From the NCBI RefSeq assembly GCF_009914755.1, contig NC_060928.1: 64,000 nt of DNA; one strand, given 5' to 3'. This document shows, one piece after another, positions 20,071 through 32,989 of the stretch. A model generated the notes under the pieces. The model was not told where the DNA came from. It saw nothing but the letters and a program-made list of their open reading frames with translations, and made no database searches. Origin of the DNA: the human T2T-CHM13v2.0 reference genome, Homo sapiens. Each line of letters opens with the position of its first letter. Positions within the stretch are counted from its first letter, which is position 1. Position numbers and translations under genes: made by a program.

Positions 20071-20962
20071 AAAGGTATGAAGAAAATGAGGGAGACACAT
20101 AGGAAGAGGCATTATCATGCCCACCTCATAGATGAGGAAATTAAAATACACGGTTTGGGAATGGAAGAAAATATTGCACTGATTAGTGATGGCCTAAACT
20201 GCAGGAAATAGAACAAGATGCAACAGTAAAGAAAAACTACTTAAAGGTAGAAGTAAAATGAGATTGCCAAAAAGAAAAGTGAACAGGAAAAGAAAGAATG
20301 AGAAGGAATAGGAAGAAAAGAGACTCCTCAGCTGGAGGGCTGAGATGAATTAATGAATGGATTCTTTTTTTTAAGGTAGAGGTTAAAAAAAAAGGCAGAG
20401 GAGCATTCTTACATTCTCCTTAAGAAAATATGTTATGCCAACCAAAAAAGCTAATTTGGGCTTTAGGAAGTAGAAAAGAAATGAGGAAGGCTATATCCCT
20501 TGGTCAAAGGTAAGAGAACTGAGAAAAGTAAATATCGGATAAAGGGGAAGAAGAGAGGGAAGTGGTCAGGCCCCCTTTGGGTTATTAAAATTATTCCAAA
20601 TGAAATCAGTTTTTGACAACGTTGCAAAATTGAAGGGAAGAAAAAGTAAACCACAATAAAAGGAACTTAGAGTCCAGATGATGCTTTTCTTGCTACAGTG
20701 GAATATTGTATTATACTTTTGAAATTACATCTGCCTTCTGCTTTATTCTAAGAGTGATGTAAGACAGTGAGTGCTCTATCAGGACTAGTTATGTGATATC
20801 ACAATACTTTGAGTCAGAAATTATGTGCAGTTTGGATAATTTTAGCCAGAAGTTCAAAAACATGTGTTTAATTGATTTGCCATCATAAAAAAGGTTCTCA
20901 GCCATTTATACCAGAACTTTTAAATGACTGTTTAATCTAGCAATGTCTTATGACTATTTTAA

Positions 20963-21428
<466 letters not shown>

Positions 21429-21509
21429 TAAACGCCAGAATCTCTCCTATTATGCAAGATTATCAGAGCAAAATTAATTCTGTTATTTAAATCAAAAATT
21501 CAAAATAGA

Positions 21510-22130
21510 GGTGTGATGTCTTTCCCTTGGCTTCGAGGATAACTTTCCTGTCCAGTTTTCTTCTTACCACCCTGACTACTACTCCCACATCTTCTTTGAA
21601 GATTCTTCTTCCTAGATTCTTCCTTTGTGTTGGGATTCCTGGAGAGTCCATCCCTGAATGTCTGCTTTTTTGACATTTCACAATCTCCTTGGAGTATTTG
21701 CTCTATTTCCCTTGTTTCAACTATTGTTCAGAGGCTAATGACTCCCAAGACTCTATCTGCCACCTAATTCCCCTCTATTGAGCTTTTCAACCATAATTCC
21801 AACAGTTGGGACATCCCTTTTATGGTCCTCAGACACCATAAACCTCACACATCCAAAATTGCTCTTATTTTTTTCCCCAAACTTGCTTGTCTTCCAGTAT
21901 GCTCTTCTTCCAGCCCTATAATCAATCCATCAGGCTTCCCAGAGCAGAATCCTGAATGTTACCATTCATTTATGTTTCAGCTACATGTCATCTGGCTCCA
22001 CAGAGTCTACCTATTGAATATTTCTTGAACTGTCTATTTCTATCGATCCCAGTTAACCACCACCCCAGAATTCCACAATGAAACCTTCCCAGTTTTCCTG
22101 CCCCAGATTATGTCAAGTTCCCTAGGTTCG
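21510..22130 (+). mobile_element. L2 LINE fragment
   Basis: TTCCCTTGGCTTC, GCTAATGACTCCCAA, GACACCATAAACCTCACACATCCAAAA. Confidence 0.65.
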
Positions 22131-22164
22131 CACTTTGATTGTACCCTATGGCTCTCTTTTACAA

Positions 22165-22513
22165 CACATCTTAGTTTTAGCGAGCTAAGCTGATGTAACA
22201 AATAAACCCGAATATAAAACTGCTCATCTATTTGGTGTTATTGTCTGTTCACATGACACTCCTGAGCTACCGTCCAGGTTGTCAGAGCCACTTTCATCCA
22301 CACACTTAGACAACCAGGCTCCTCCCAGTTTATTACTCTAACCACCCAGCCCCCCCGCCCCACCCCGTGCATCACTTCCACTTAGAGAACATTGGCTAGG
22401 CCTTAGTCACATGACCGTCTCCCACTGCAAAGGAGTCTGGGAAATGTAGTGCAGCTATCTACCTGGGCAAAGAAGCAAACAACAGATTTTGGGGGAAAGC
22501 AGTCTCTGCCACA
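22165..22513 (-). mobile_element. MLT1J-like MaLR LTR
   Basis: CATTGGCTAGGCCTTAGTCACATGACC...TGCAAAGGAGTCTGGGAAATGTAGT...GCAGTCTCTGCCACA. Confidence 0.75.
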
Positions 22514-22609
22514 ACAGCACCTTGCTACAATTGTTATTTTCCAGTTATTTGTGCAATTACATGATTGTTTCCTCCACCAAATTTTAAGCTCTATGAGGAC
22601 ATGTGCATG

Positions 22610-23220
<611 letters not shown>

Positions 23221-23283
23221 AGACAGATTCATTTGTGTTCACAACCTGGTCCCAATTAGCTTCAACAAATTATGTGTTGAATT

Positions 23284-23396
23284 AATCAATGAATACTTAT
23301 TAATTCAAATCAATGAATACTTATTAATTCAGATCTTAGTAATTAATTATTATTAATACTTATTAATTCATTAATCAATGAATACTTTTTAATTCA
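23284..23396. repeat. AT-rich 24-bp tandem repeat
   Basis: AATCAATGAATACTTATTAATTCA present in about 3.7 copies. Confidence 0.85.
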
Positions 23397-23409
23397 GCAT
23401 ATGTAGTCT

Positions 23410-23850
23410 GGAGCACTATGACAGCCTTCTGACTAACCTCCCTATCTCTCTTCTTTGCCTCCTACATATTGTAGCCATAGTGATCTTCGTAAACTGTCCA
23501 TTTGATCCTTCCATTTTCTTTAAAATGGAGTTTCTTTCAAATTCTTCAATGGTCCTTTGTTGCCCTCACAATTTCTTATCTTGCCATGTAATTCCCTCCT
23601 GTTCATCTTTCCAGCCTTACTTCTCACCATATAGGCACATACACTCACACACACTTGCTGTCTTCCTCTCTTCCCCATCTAGCCACACTGAAACACTGGC
23701 ACTCGTCCCAAAAGCACCATGCCCTTGACCTGGCTAACTGCTCATTGCTTTGAGTCTCAGCTTAGTTGTCACTTTCTTGGCCCCTCAAGATGACGTTGGT
23801 GCCCCTGCACTGTGCTCCCATAACCCTCTGCCTACCGTAGCAGGCATTTT
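23410..23850 (+). mobile_element. L2 LINE fragment
   Basis: ACAGCCTTCTGACT, GCCATAGTGATCTT, TCTCAGCTTAGTTGTCACTT. Confidence 0.6.
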
Positions 23851-24285
23851 ATGGTTTGCCTTAAGTTATTGTAGAGGCAAAGAAAATTTCCTTCTCCTTT
23901 TGAAGGTTCAAGTCTCCTAAACAAACTGACAATAGACAGATTAATAGGAGAAAAGGCATACACATTTATTAATGTGCACATCACACAGGAGTCCTGCAAA
24001 TATGAGACTCAAAGAAAGGACAGATGGTTGAAGTATTTATACCCTATTCATAGGGAAGAGAAAAATAGGGGTATAGGCAATTTTGAGGGGTAATAAATTA
24101 TTTTCAGGTGAATTGAATGAGCCCAAAGAGCAGACAATAGTTTGTCAATAATTTTCTTTGGAAACTGAATGGGAAAAGTTACTAGAAGGTGAGGGGTGGA
24201 ACTACACTGTGAACAAAGGTTGTCTTACCATGCATATAAAGTCTCTTAGATAATTTTTCCGAGCTGCCCTCTAAAGAGCGGATGA

Positions 24286-24572
24286 GGCTGGGCTTGGTGG
24301 CTCATGCCTACAATCCCAGCACTTTGGGAGGCTGAGGCCGGCCGATCATTTGAGGTCAGGAGATCGAGACCAGCCTGACCAACATGATGAAACCCTGTCT
24401 TTACTAAAAATACAAAAATTAGCCAGGCGTGGTAGTGGGCATCTGTAATCCCAGCTACTCGGGAGGCTGAGGCATGAGAATTGCCTGAACCCAGGAGGAA
24501 GAGATTTCAGTGGCTACTGCACTCCAGCCTGGGCCATAGAGTGAGACAGTCTCAAAAAAAGAAAAAAAAAAA
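24286..24572 (+). mobile_element. Alu SINE (AluSx)
   Basis: Dimeric Alu within LTR. Confidence 0.95.
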
Positions 24573-24795
24573 AGAATAGATGAAAAGTCTATGTGGGCAT
24601 GGTGATGACTTCTATTTCCTTTCATCTCTGGTAGTTAATCATTCCCGATTATTTGATGAGATTCCTAAGGAGAGAGTCTTAACACAATTCAATTTCTTTT
24701 GGAAGTTTTCCTCAATCAGATAAGGGAACTGCTAGAGAGAGCCCTTCTCTGTACTGGATGGGAAGGAAACAAAAGAAAGAAAGTTAAAAAGTTCT

Positions 24796-25081
24796 GGCCA
24801 GGCACGGTGGCTCACGCTTATAATCCCAGCACTTTGGGAGGCTGAGGTGGGTGGATCACGAGGTCAGGAGTTCAAGACCAGCCTGGCCAACATGGTGAAA
24901 CCCCTTCTCTACTAAAAATACAAAAATTAGCCGGGCCTGGTGGCACATGCCTGTAGTCCCAGCTACTCAGGAGGCTGAGGCAGAGAACTGCCTAAAACTG
25001 GGAGGCAGAGGTTGTTTCACGATCGCACTACTTCACTCCAGCTCTGAGCAACAGAGCAAGACTGTATCTCAAAAAAAAAAA
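24796..25081 (+). mobile_element. Alu SINE (AluSg-like)
   Basis: Dimeric Alu within LTR. Confidence 0.95.
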
Positions 25082-25277
25082 GGATCTTGGTTCCAAGGCA
25101 GTTTCTAAAGCCTTCCAATTTCCCTTAAATTCCATACTTTGGGGTATCTTTCTCTGTGCCCCAACAGTATCAGGTTCTTTTTCCCTGGCAGACTGTCCTG
25201 CCACATCCTATTCCCTGCAGTGCTCTAAACACTGGTTAGCACATAGTCTACATCCTGGAAAAGAGGCTTGTTGGATG

Positions 25278-25788
25278 TGTAGGGGAGAAAAAAAATATTT
25301 TCCTCACTCATCCAAAGGACAGATTAATAAGAAAAAAGCACACAGGCTTACTTAATTTATATTTTACATGACACGGGCATCTTCATAAGGAAATGAAGAC
25401 CTGAAGAAATGGTTAAACTTGTGTATTTATTAATACATGCTAGGTTTGATGAATAAGTAGACTGTTATGGAGAAATAGGATTGCACAAAGGGTATAATCC
25501 AATGGTAATAAACTAGGGGAAACTTAGCAAGGCCTATTTGTTCAGATTCTTCTCTGTGGCCTTTTGTCTTATAAGATAAGGATGTTCTTTCCACTGGGTA
25601 TAGGGAGGGCACTTCTTACATGGGGGTGTTATGACCTGCTTCAGGAGAAAGAAAAATTCCTCCTTGGTTTTTATGACGTGCTTTAGAAAAGAAAGGTGGG
25701 GAGTAGGGGTGAGGGTGAGTGATCTTCCTGCTGTTTTCTCAAATGTTAAGGCGCCATATTTGGGGGTAGCATGTCCTGAGCCCCATTA
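25278..25788 (-). mobile_element. ERV1 solo LTR (MER34 family)
   Basis: Antisense 5' end AAGGCGCCATATTTGGGGGTAGCATGTCCTGAGCCCCATTA; GACAGATTAATAAGAAAAAAGCA shared with the neighbouring LTR. Confidence 0.8.
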
Positions 25789-26638
25789 GGTGGATGGATG
25801 GATAGATAAATGACATTTAGGAGAGAGCTGGGTTCAAGAGCAGATATTACTGGTGGCATCTGCTAAGAAAACCTCAGTGCTAGAAACACCACAATTCCCA
25901 GGCAAAATTGTGTTAAAAGTTATTAGTGTTAGTTATGAAAAAGGCTTTCCAAATTTACTTCCATAATCTGAGTCTCTTGTCACCTTATTGCAAAAGCTCT
26001 ATAGAGGTTCTTTTCTTCTCTTCTATAACATTAACTTCCAAAACACAGATAGCCTAAAAGCTTGCACTTTCTAGAGATGCAGATGATTGATAAGTTGTCT
26101 CCTCTTTATTTCAAGGTAAAGAAGAAGATGGGGTTACACAGAAGCCCAGTATTGACTTCGCCTCTTCTTCCTGGGGCTCAGTTGAGTTTGATGGATTTCA
26201 AAATTCAAGCTGTAAAATATGAGAGGACTTGATTTTCTCCAAGTCATATTTCCTTGTGTGTGCTCCAGAGTCTTAGAGTCTGGAGGGGGTGGGGCTTGGA
26301 GATGGGACAAGGCTTGACTACAGTCCAGCCTCCCAGAGTAAATGCAATTCAGCAGCCAGAATAACAGACTCCCAATTTAGGAATTTGCCATGGATGCTGC
26401 CCAAGGATCATTCCTGGGTTCCTCTGAGTATATTTGACTAACTGAAAGAGAAAAGCAACTTGTAGTCACATATAACAGTCAGGATTCTCTCATCACCAGA
26501 GCAAAAACAATAGATTTTTAAGTGTATCTTATTGCTGGAGGCAAAGAAATGAATTTAACGAGGTATTCACCTGGCAGGAAACTTCACAATTTGTGTGTAT
26601 ATATGTGTATAAATACACATATATACATATATATGTAA

Positions 26639-26946
<308 letters not shown>

Positions 26947-28236
26947 CACAATTTCAATATAAGAGTAACAGCTATGTGCCGAAGTCATAAAAAAAAAGAT
27001 ATTCCAACTTAATTTATCTGCCCAATTACATCTAGTATTACTATAAAAATAAAAATGATTTTTTTTAAGGTATAAGCTTTTAAACCAATACTTCTATTTC
27101 AAAAATTTTAGCAAATCTAAATTTCCTAACAATTAGTCGTGTAGGATCTGTAAGTTGTTTTGATTTCTATATGAAGGGAAGAAGAAAAAGGACACCCCAT
27201 GTTACGATTTAGCTTAAACTTCCCTCTTTGCTTTATATTCAACCAAGTCAGAAAACCATGTTCTTTGTTTGCCTCATTCCTTTATTTTTTTTCAAAAAAA
27301 ACAAAAAACAAACAACAAAAACCAAGTGTCCTCTTTTTCTGTGTACGGTTCTGGTCCAAAGTAATCAGTATTGGAAATTGGGCTGTTTTTGCTTCATTTC
27401 TGGGGCCTGAGTCCTTCTCTCCAATACCAGGATGCCCTTAGGGAAGATACAGGGGAAATGATGTCATTCTCTTTGGTCTCTTTTCAGGCTTTGGGCTTTT
27501 TCTTCAGGCCCAACCCTTAATGAACCTGCTTTCTAATTAGCCAGCCAGGAGTACAGTGAAATGAAATGTGCATCTTCTGCTTCCCTTTTCTCTTCAATAA
27601 AAGCACACGCATTATTTGCTCCTTCAGCCAACTCAGGTGATTTCACCAGAATGTGTGCATAAATCTTCTCAGCATCATTGTCAAACAGCTGGAAGCAAAC
27701 CTTTTTTTTTTTCCTCTCTCACAACTTGGAAACTAAAAAATAGAAACTGCCTTGTCTAAGGTCAAGCCTGGCTGAGGGGGGAGGGGCAGCTGCAGCAGAG
27801 GCGGGAGGAAGGGGTTCAGGTGAATATTCATCCCCCAAGTCCACTTCATCATTCACTGAGTGATGCCCTTTCTATGAAATTAGGCAAAACAAAAATCTAA
27901 ATTTAGAAAATCTGTTAGAACAAATTTCATATGTTAACTTGATAAATGTATGTTTACTCCCTGGATATTTGGAATACTCTATGATTTCATAATGAACACT
28001 TTGAATTAATTTTGCTCTTTTTCTCTAATATTCGGCTTCTTTGGCTGTTCTCCTGATACACTGGCAACTGGCAAATGCATGTGCTTTAGTTTGGTGGGGA
28101 TTGGAACTGAGATTGGTCACTGAGCCCCACTTCAGCTAGCTGGAAAACAGTGCTGTTGAAAGCACTTTCTCCAATTCCCTTCCCTCTGAGCCCATCACTC
28201 ATTCAGGCAGCTGCTGCCCAGGCCCTCTCCTTGGCT

Positions 28237-28277
28237 ATTATTTTATTTTATTTATTTATTTATTTAATTTATTTTTT

Positions 28278-28308
<31 letters not shown>

Positions 28309-28593
28309 TTTTGACACAGGGTCTCGCTCCATCGTCCAGGCTAGAATACAGTGGCGGGATCTAGGCTCACTGCAACCTCTGCCTCCTGGGTTCAAGTGAT
28401 TCTCCTGCCTCAGCCTCCCGAGTAGCTGATATTACAGGCATGCACCACCATGCCCAACTAATTTTTGTATTTTTAGTAGAGACAGGGTTTCACCATGTTG
28501 GCCAGGCTGGTCTCGATCTCCTGACCTCAAATGATCGGCCAGCCTCGGCCTCCCAAAGTGCTGGGATTAAAGGTGTGAGCCACCTCGCCAGGC
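28237..28593 (-). mobile_element. Alu SINE (AluSx) with long (TTTA)n tail
   Basis: Antisense Alu; TSD CCTTGGCTATT/CCTTGGTTATT. Confidence 0.95.
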
Positions 28594-28619
28594 GTCACCT
28601 TGGTTATTTTAATGTGTGG

Positions 28620-28765
28620 CTCTCCCTGCTGAAATGATCTGTTTTATCTACCTGCCTCCCCCACCGGACTTCACCTGCTCAAAGACAGGGACTCTGTCTC
28701 AATTCATTCTTACAGCCTCAGCCCTTTAAGCTTTAGTGGAAGCTCATTAAATGGCTTCTTGAACT
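28620..28765 (+). mobile_element. L2 3' fragment
   Basis: CTCAAAGACAGGGACTCTGTCTCAATTCATT...AGCTCATTAAATG. Confidence 0.55.
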
Positions 28766-29038
28766 AAAACTAAGGAAAAGGAGGAAGCGGTGAGCGGGTA
28801 TGGGCAGAATAATTTGAGGGAAGGGAGTGAAGGGGGAGGGAGAGGGGTAGAATGACAGAGAAAAGAGTCAAAACTGGCAACCCAAATTACTTTGAGGCCA
28901 AACTAGCATTTATTTTTAGAAAGGACCCAGGCCTCAGTAAAAAGCAACACACTTAGGAAAGAGTTAATGAAACATTGTGGAAGAATCTGGCTTATAGGGT
29001 AAACTGGTGTTCCTCGCCATGGGAAATTGCTGGTATGG

Positions 29039-29320
29039 GGCCAGGCACGGCGGCTCAGACCTGTAATCTCAGCACTTTGGGAGGCTGAGGCAGGCGGATC
29101 ACCTGAGGTAAGGAGTTCAAGACCAGTCCGGGCAACATGGCAAAACCTCACCTCTACTAACAATACAAAGCTTACCCAGGTGTGGTGGCAGTCACCTGTA
29201 ATTCCAGCTACTTGGGAGGCTGAGGCAAGAGAATCGCTTGACCAGGGAGGCAGAGGTTGCAGTGAGCCAAGAAATCGTACCACTGCTCTCCAGCCTGGGC
29301 AACAGAGCAAGATTTTGTCG
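29039..29320 (+). mobile_element. Alu SINE (AluSx)
   Basis: Dimeric Alu whose tail is replaced by a purine tract. Confidence 0.94.
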
Positions 29321-29394
29321 GAAAGGAAAGGGAAGGGAAGGGGAGGGGAGGAGGGGAGGGGAGGAGAGGGGAGGGGAGGGAGGGAGAGAGCAAG

Positions 29395-29461
<67 letters not shown>

Positions 29462-29519
29462 AAAGAAAAGGAAAGAAAGATGAAAGGAGGGAGGAAGGAA
29501 GGAAGGAAGGAAGGAGAAA
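29320..29519. repeat. Polypurine tract with (GAAA)n STR and (GGGGA)n
   Basis: GGAAAGG/AAGGG/GGGGA units, about 16 GAAA copies at 29395-29462, then (GGAA)n. Confidence 0.95.
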
Positions 29520-29864
29520 TCGGTAGTACACTGGTTACAATGCCAACTCCTGTCTCCACCCTGGACAACTGACTCAGAATCTTTGGGGTTGGGAACCTCC
29601 AAAAGTTTTTATTAAGTATCGCAGGCACTAGAGCTTGAAAACCATCCATGTAGTCCTTCCTAGGTGTACTTCATCCCCCTTGATCTACCCAGGTCCAGTT
29701 AGCATGGAGGGTTTTTTGGAAGGGGAGGGAGAACTTTCCCTCTACCCTCTGAAGGTTTGATAATTGAGTCTATGATGTAAACTGACAGTAGACAGCTTGA
29801 CAAGAGACAAGATATACAAATTTATTACATGCACAGGGGTGTCACATGAAAGAAACATGAATAA

Positions 29865-30346
29865 AATCCACCTCCCCCCCACCCTTATCCACAGCTTTGC
29901 TTTCCTCTGTCTCAGTCACCCACGGTCAACCATGGTTCGAAAATAGGTGAGTACAGTACAATAAGACATTTTGAGGAGAAAAAAACCATATTCATACAAC
30001 TTTTATACAGTATATTATTCTAATTATTCTATTTTGTTATTAATTATTGTTAAATCTCTTTCTGTGCCTAATTTATTTTTTAAATTTGCTTTAGAGATGG
30101 GGTCTCACTATGTTTCCCAGGCTGGTCTCAAACTCCCAGGCTCAAGCTCTCCTCCTGGCCCAGCCTCCCAAGTAGCTGGAACTACAGATGCATGCCACCT
30201 TGCCCAGCCTAATTTATAAATTAAACTTTATCATAGGTATGCATGTATAGGAAACATCAGACTATAAGGTTTGGTGCCATCTTTGATTTCAGGCATCCAC
30301 TGGAGGGCTTGAGACTTATCACCCATAGATAAGGAGGGGACTACTG
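29865..30346 (+). mobile_element. MER44A (Tigger7-derived MITE) with nested FLAM
   Basis: CCCTTATCCACAG...AAAATAGGTGAGTACAGTACAATAAGA...GATAAGGAGGGGACTACTG followed by TA. Confidence 0.85.
30075..30209 (-). mobile_element. FLAM Alu monomer
   Basis: Monomer with TSD-like GCCTAATTTAT. Confidence 0.88.
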
Positions 30347-31288
30347 TACCTCAAAACCTGGTGGATCTAGAGTCTTATATTCCCTCTTCATAAAGGAGAG
30401 GGGAGGGGAGATGTAGGTAACTCAGGAGAGATTGATTTGGGGGAAAGATGAACAGGACCTCAGAAGAATAGGTGACAGCCTGTGGCAAAGTCTGTCTGGC
30501 TATGGTGTCGAACTCCAGTCTCCTCTCCTGTGATCCCAGTTAATCTTCTCTGCTTGATGAAATTCCCCAGGAGGGGATTCATGACAACTGAGTTCTTTTT
30601 AGAGGATCCATCAGTAGGCAGATAGGGAGTTCTGAGAAAGCCTCTGCCTGCATATGCTATGTCCCAGGTGTCCTCAGTTCAAAGTAATCAGCATACCAAA
30701 GTGTCATTTTGGGGATGATATTTCCTGAATTCCTTTATCTTCATCTAAGACCTCGCCTTCTATGTGAAAGCCAGATTTATCAACTTTGAAAGACCCATGA
30801 GTCTTCAACATACAAACTATGATGTCCTTTCATTCATTCTGCACAGTGTCACTGCCACACACACACGTGCATGTACACGTGTGAGCAACCACATACAGAG
30901 ACACGTGCGTGCATGAACATGTGCACAGTGGGCACAGGTATATAGGCACATGGGTGCATACATGCTTGTACCAGCTTCCAGATTTCTGTAGGGCCAGTGC
31001 CTTGGGTCACTTGCTTTGTCTCTTAAAAATGTCTCCTGACTAGGGCAGCCTTAACCAGGACTGGGTTGGGAATATTAGGTATAAGAATCAATAGGGAAAA
31101 AAGCTTTTAGGGCAAAAATGCTTTGGATAAAATTCCAAAGGTTTAAATTTCACACCTTTGACAGAAGTCAAAGGTCTAGATAAAACCTAGATATATGCAG
31201 GAAAGAAAAAGATCTTCTAGATAAAACTGAGATATTTGCAAGAAAGAAAAAATGAAGACGTCATTTTTATTTTCTAAAACTCACTACA

Positions 31289-31615
31289 GGCTGGGCATTG
31301 TGGCTCACACCCATAAGCCCAACATTTGGGAGATCAAGGCAAGAGGATCACTTTAGGCTGGGAGTTGGAGACCAGCCTGGGCAATGTAGTGAGACTCCAT
31401 CTGTACAAAAAAAATTTTTTTTTAATTAGTCAGGTGTGGTGACACATGCCTGTAGTCCCAGCTACTTGGGAGGCTGAAGTGGGAGGATCACTTGAGACCA
31501 GAAGTTCAAGGCTGCAATGAGCTGTGATCATGCCACTTCACTCCAGCCTGGGTGACAGAGCAAGACCCTGTCTATCTCTACAATAAATAAAATAAATAAA
31601 AAATAAATAAAAAAC
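31289..31615 (+). mobile_element. Alu SINE (AluJ)
   Basis: AluJ diagnostics GTTCAAGGCTGCA, (AAAT)n tail. Confidence 0.93.
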
Positions 31616-32399
31616 AAAACTACAGATTTGGTTGCAGATGAACTTGCATTTTGTCATCATTTTTTCCAAAGTGATTCATTCTTCCTGGTTCTTGAACACC
31701 TGCTTAAAAATAGGGCTTACTTTTCTCTGTCCTTGGGGTGCACCAACCATATTTGAAACCATGAGGTAGGTCTAACACCAGGAAGGGGGTGATGGGATGG
31801 AGGAAAGTCCTATTGGATCTGCATAATGTACTCATTGTTTAAAACCATACATTGCGCAGAAAGCTGTGGTTAGATTTGTGGTGTGAAACAGGGAACTCTG
31901 CAACTCTCAAGCAAGAGTTTCCATGCCTAAGGTGAATGTTTACATTACAGACGCTGGAATCCCTGTTAATACCTTAGGTGCTTTTTTTTCATGAAGACTG
32001 TATTAAGTTTGAGATTTTCTTTCACTCCAAGTTTTTCAAAACAACAGACCATAAAAAGGAAGTTTCAACCAACAAAATTGACTTGAAATAAAAATTGGCC
32101 TGTGTGTCCCAAGTTTACTCATTTGCAGGACTACCTTTTGCTGTCTCCCACTTCCCTTCCTCTCATTGCCTCAGCCTCTTTTTTAAGTTCCTAGTCAGTT
32201 AAGGCACATTTCCTGATTTGGCAAACACCACCCCTCCACCTCCTTTTTCTTGGGTAAAACTTCCTGAGCTGACATTAAAGAGAACTGTTACCTCACCCGA
32301 GAGCTTTAGGAGGAAAATGGCATTTAGGTTTTATTACATAAAGCCCCACAGTAGTTACCACTTTATAAAATTCAAATGACTTTTTTCCAAGCTCCCAGT

Positions 32400-32950
32400 T
32401 TTCCAAAGCTGTCTGCCTGGCGACCTCCCAGAGGGCGAGATGCCTCCGAGGGAGCGTGGAGCGGGCCTCCCGGCCTTGGCAGGCAGCTAGGATGAAGATC
32501 TTTCCAGCTCTAGCTGCCTGGAAGGAAACTGGCAGCAGAGAGCAGTATCTATGTCCGAGGCCATTCTGGAATCTAAGAGGAGGGCACAGATTCCAATGGC
32601 TCAGGGAAGAACCACTCTGTATCCCACTTGCACCTAGGGGTACTAATCTTTCTGCAGAAGAACCTAGCAGCGGGGCCTGGGAGCTCTTTTCACTCAACTG
32701 CCTCCCTCCCCTCCTCCGCTTTCAGGAAGAAGTGGGGAAGTGGGAGGTCTGTTTGCATCACTGGTAACCACAGCCATTCCCGGTGCCCCTTGCCGCCACC
32801 CTTCCAGTGCTTGGTATGCCAACGGTTCTTCCCTCTTCTTCTTTGAAGCTGAACGCAGCCAAGACACAGTCATCGCCATTTGCATCTTCCTGGGAATCCG
32901 ATTAGGCCCGGCTTTACTTCTCCTGGAGGTGTCTGTGTCTTCTCTGGTGT
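32400..32950. promoter_or_regulatory. Candidate cis-regulatory element (enhancer, insulator or weak promoter)
   Basis: Unique GC-rich segment retaining about 16 CpGs in 500 bp; CTCF-core-like CCCAGAGGGCG at about 32427; octamer ATTTGCAT 32878-32885; TTCCTGGGAA 32887-32896. Confidence 0.4.
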
Positions 32951-32989
32951 AGAGGAAAAAAAGTTTGTTCTTCTTCCATTCCCCTGCTG

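Larger units (their letters stand above)
23871..25166 (-). mobile_element. ERV1 solo LTR (MER39/MER34 group), two Alus inserted
   Basis: TG...CA bounded; antisense 5' end CCATACTTTGGGGTATCTTTCTCTGTGCCCCAACA; antisense AATAAA near 23966. Confidence 0.8.
29716..30738 (-). mobile_element. ERV1 solo LTR (MER34 group) interrupted by MER44A
   Basis: AACTTTCCCTCTACCCTCTGAAGGTT...AAACTGACAGTAGACAG; antisense 5' end CAGCATACCAAAGTGTCATTTTGGGG...CCTGAATTCCTT. Confidence 0.75.

Noticed and set aside
23284-23396. CRISPR-like repeat arrays (also 62210-62300)
   Set aside because: Eukaryotic AT-rich tandem repeats without unique regular spacers or cas genes
28903-29649. 248-aa and 181-aa ORFs rich in F/L/S or K/E/R (also 46446-46996)
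   Set aside because: Read-through of an Alu plus polypurine simple repeats
32293-32952. Overlapping 63-134-aa ORFs in the GC-rich unique block
   Set aside because: No recognisable protein similarity and no convincing exon structure; expected in GC-rich DNA
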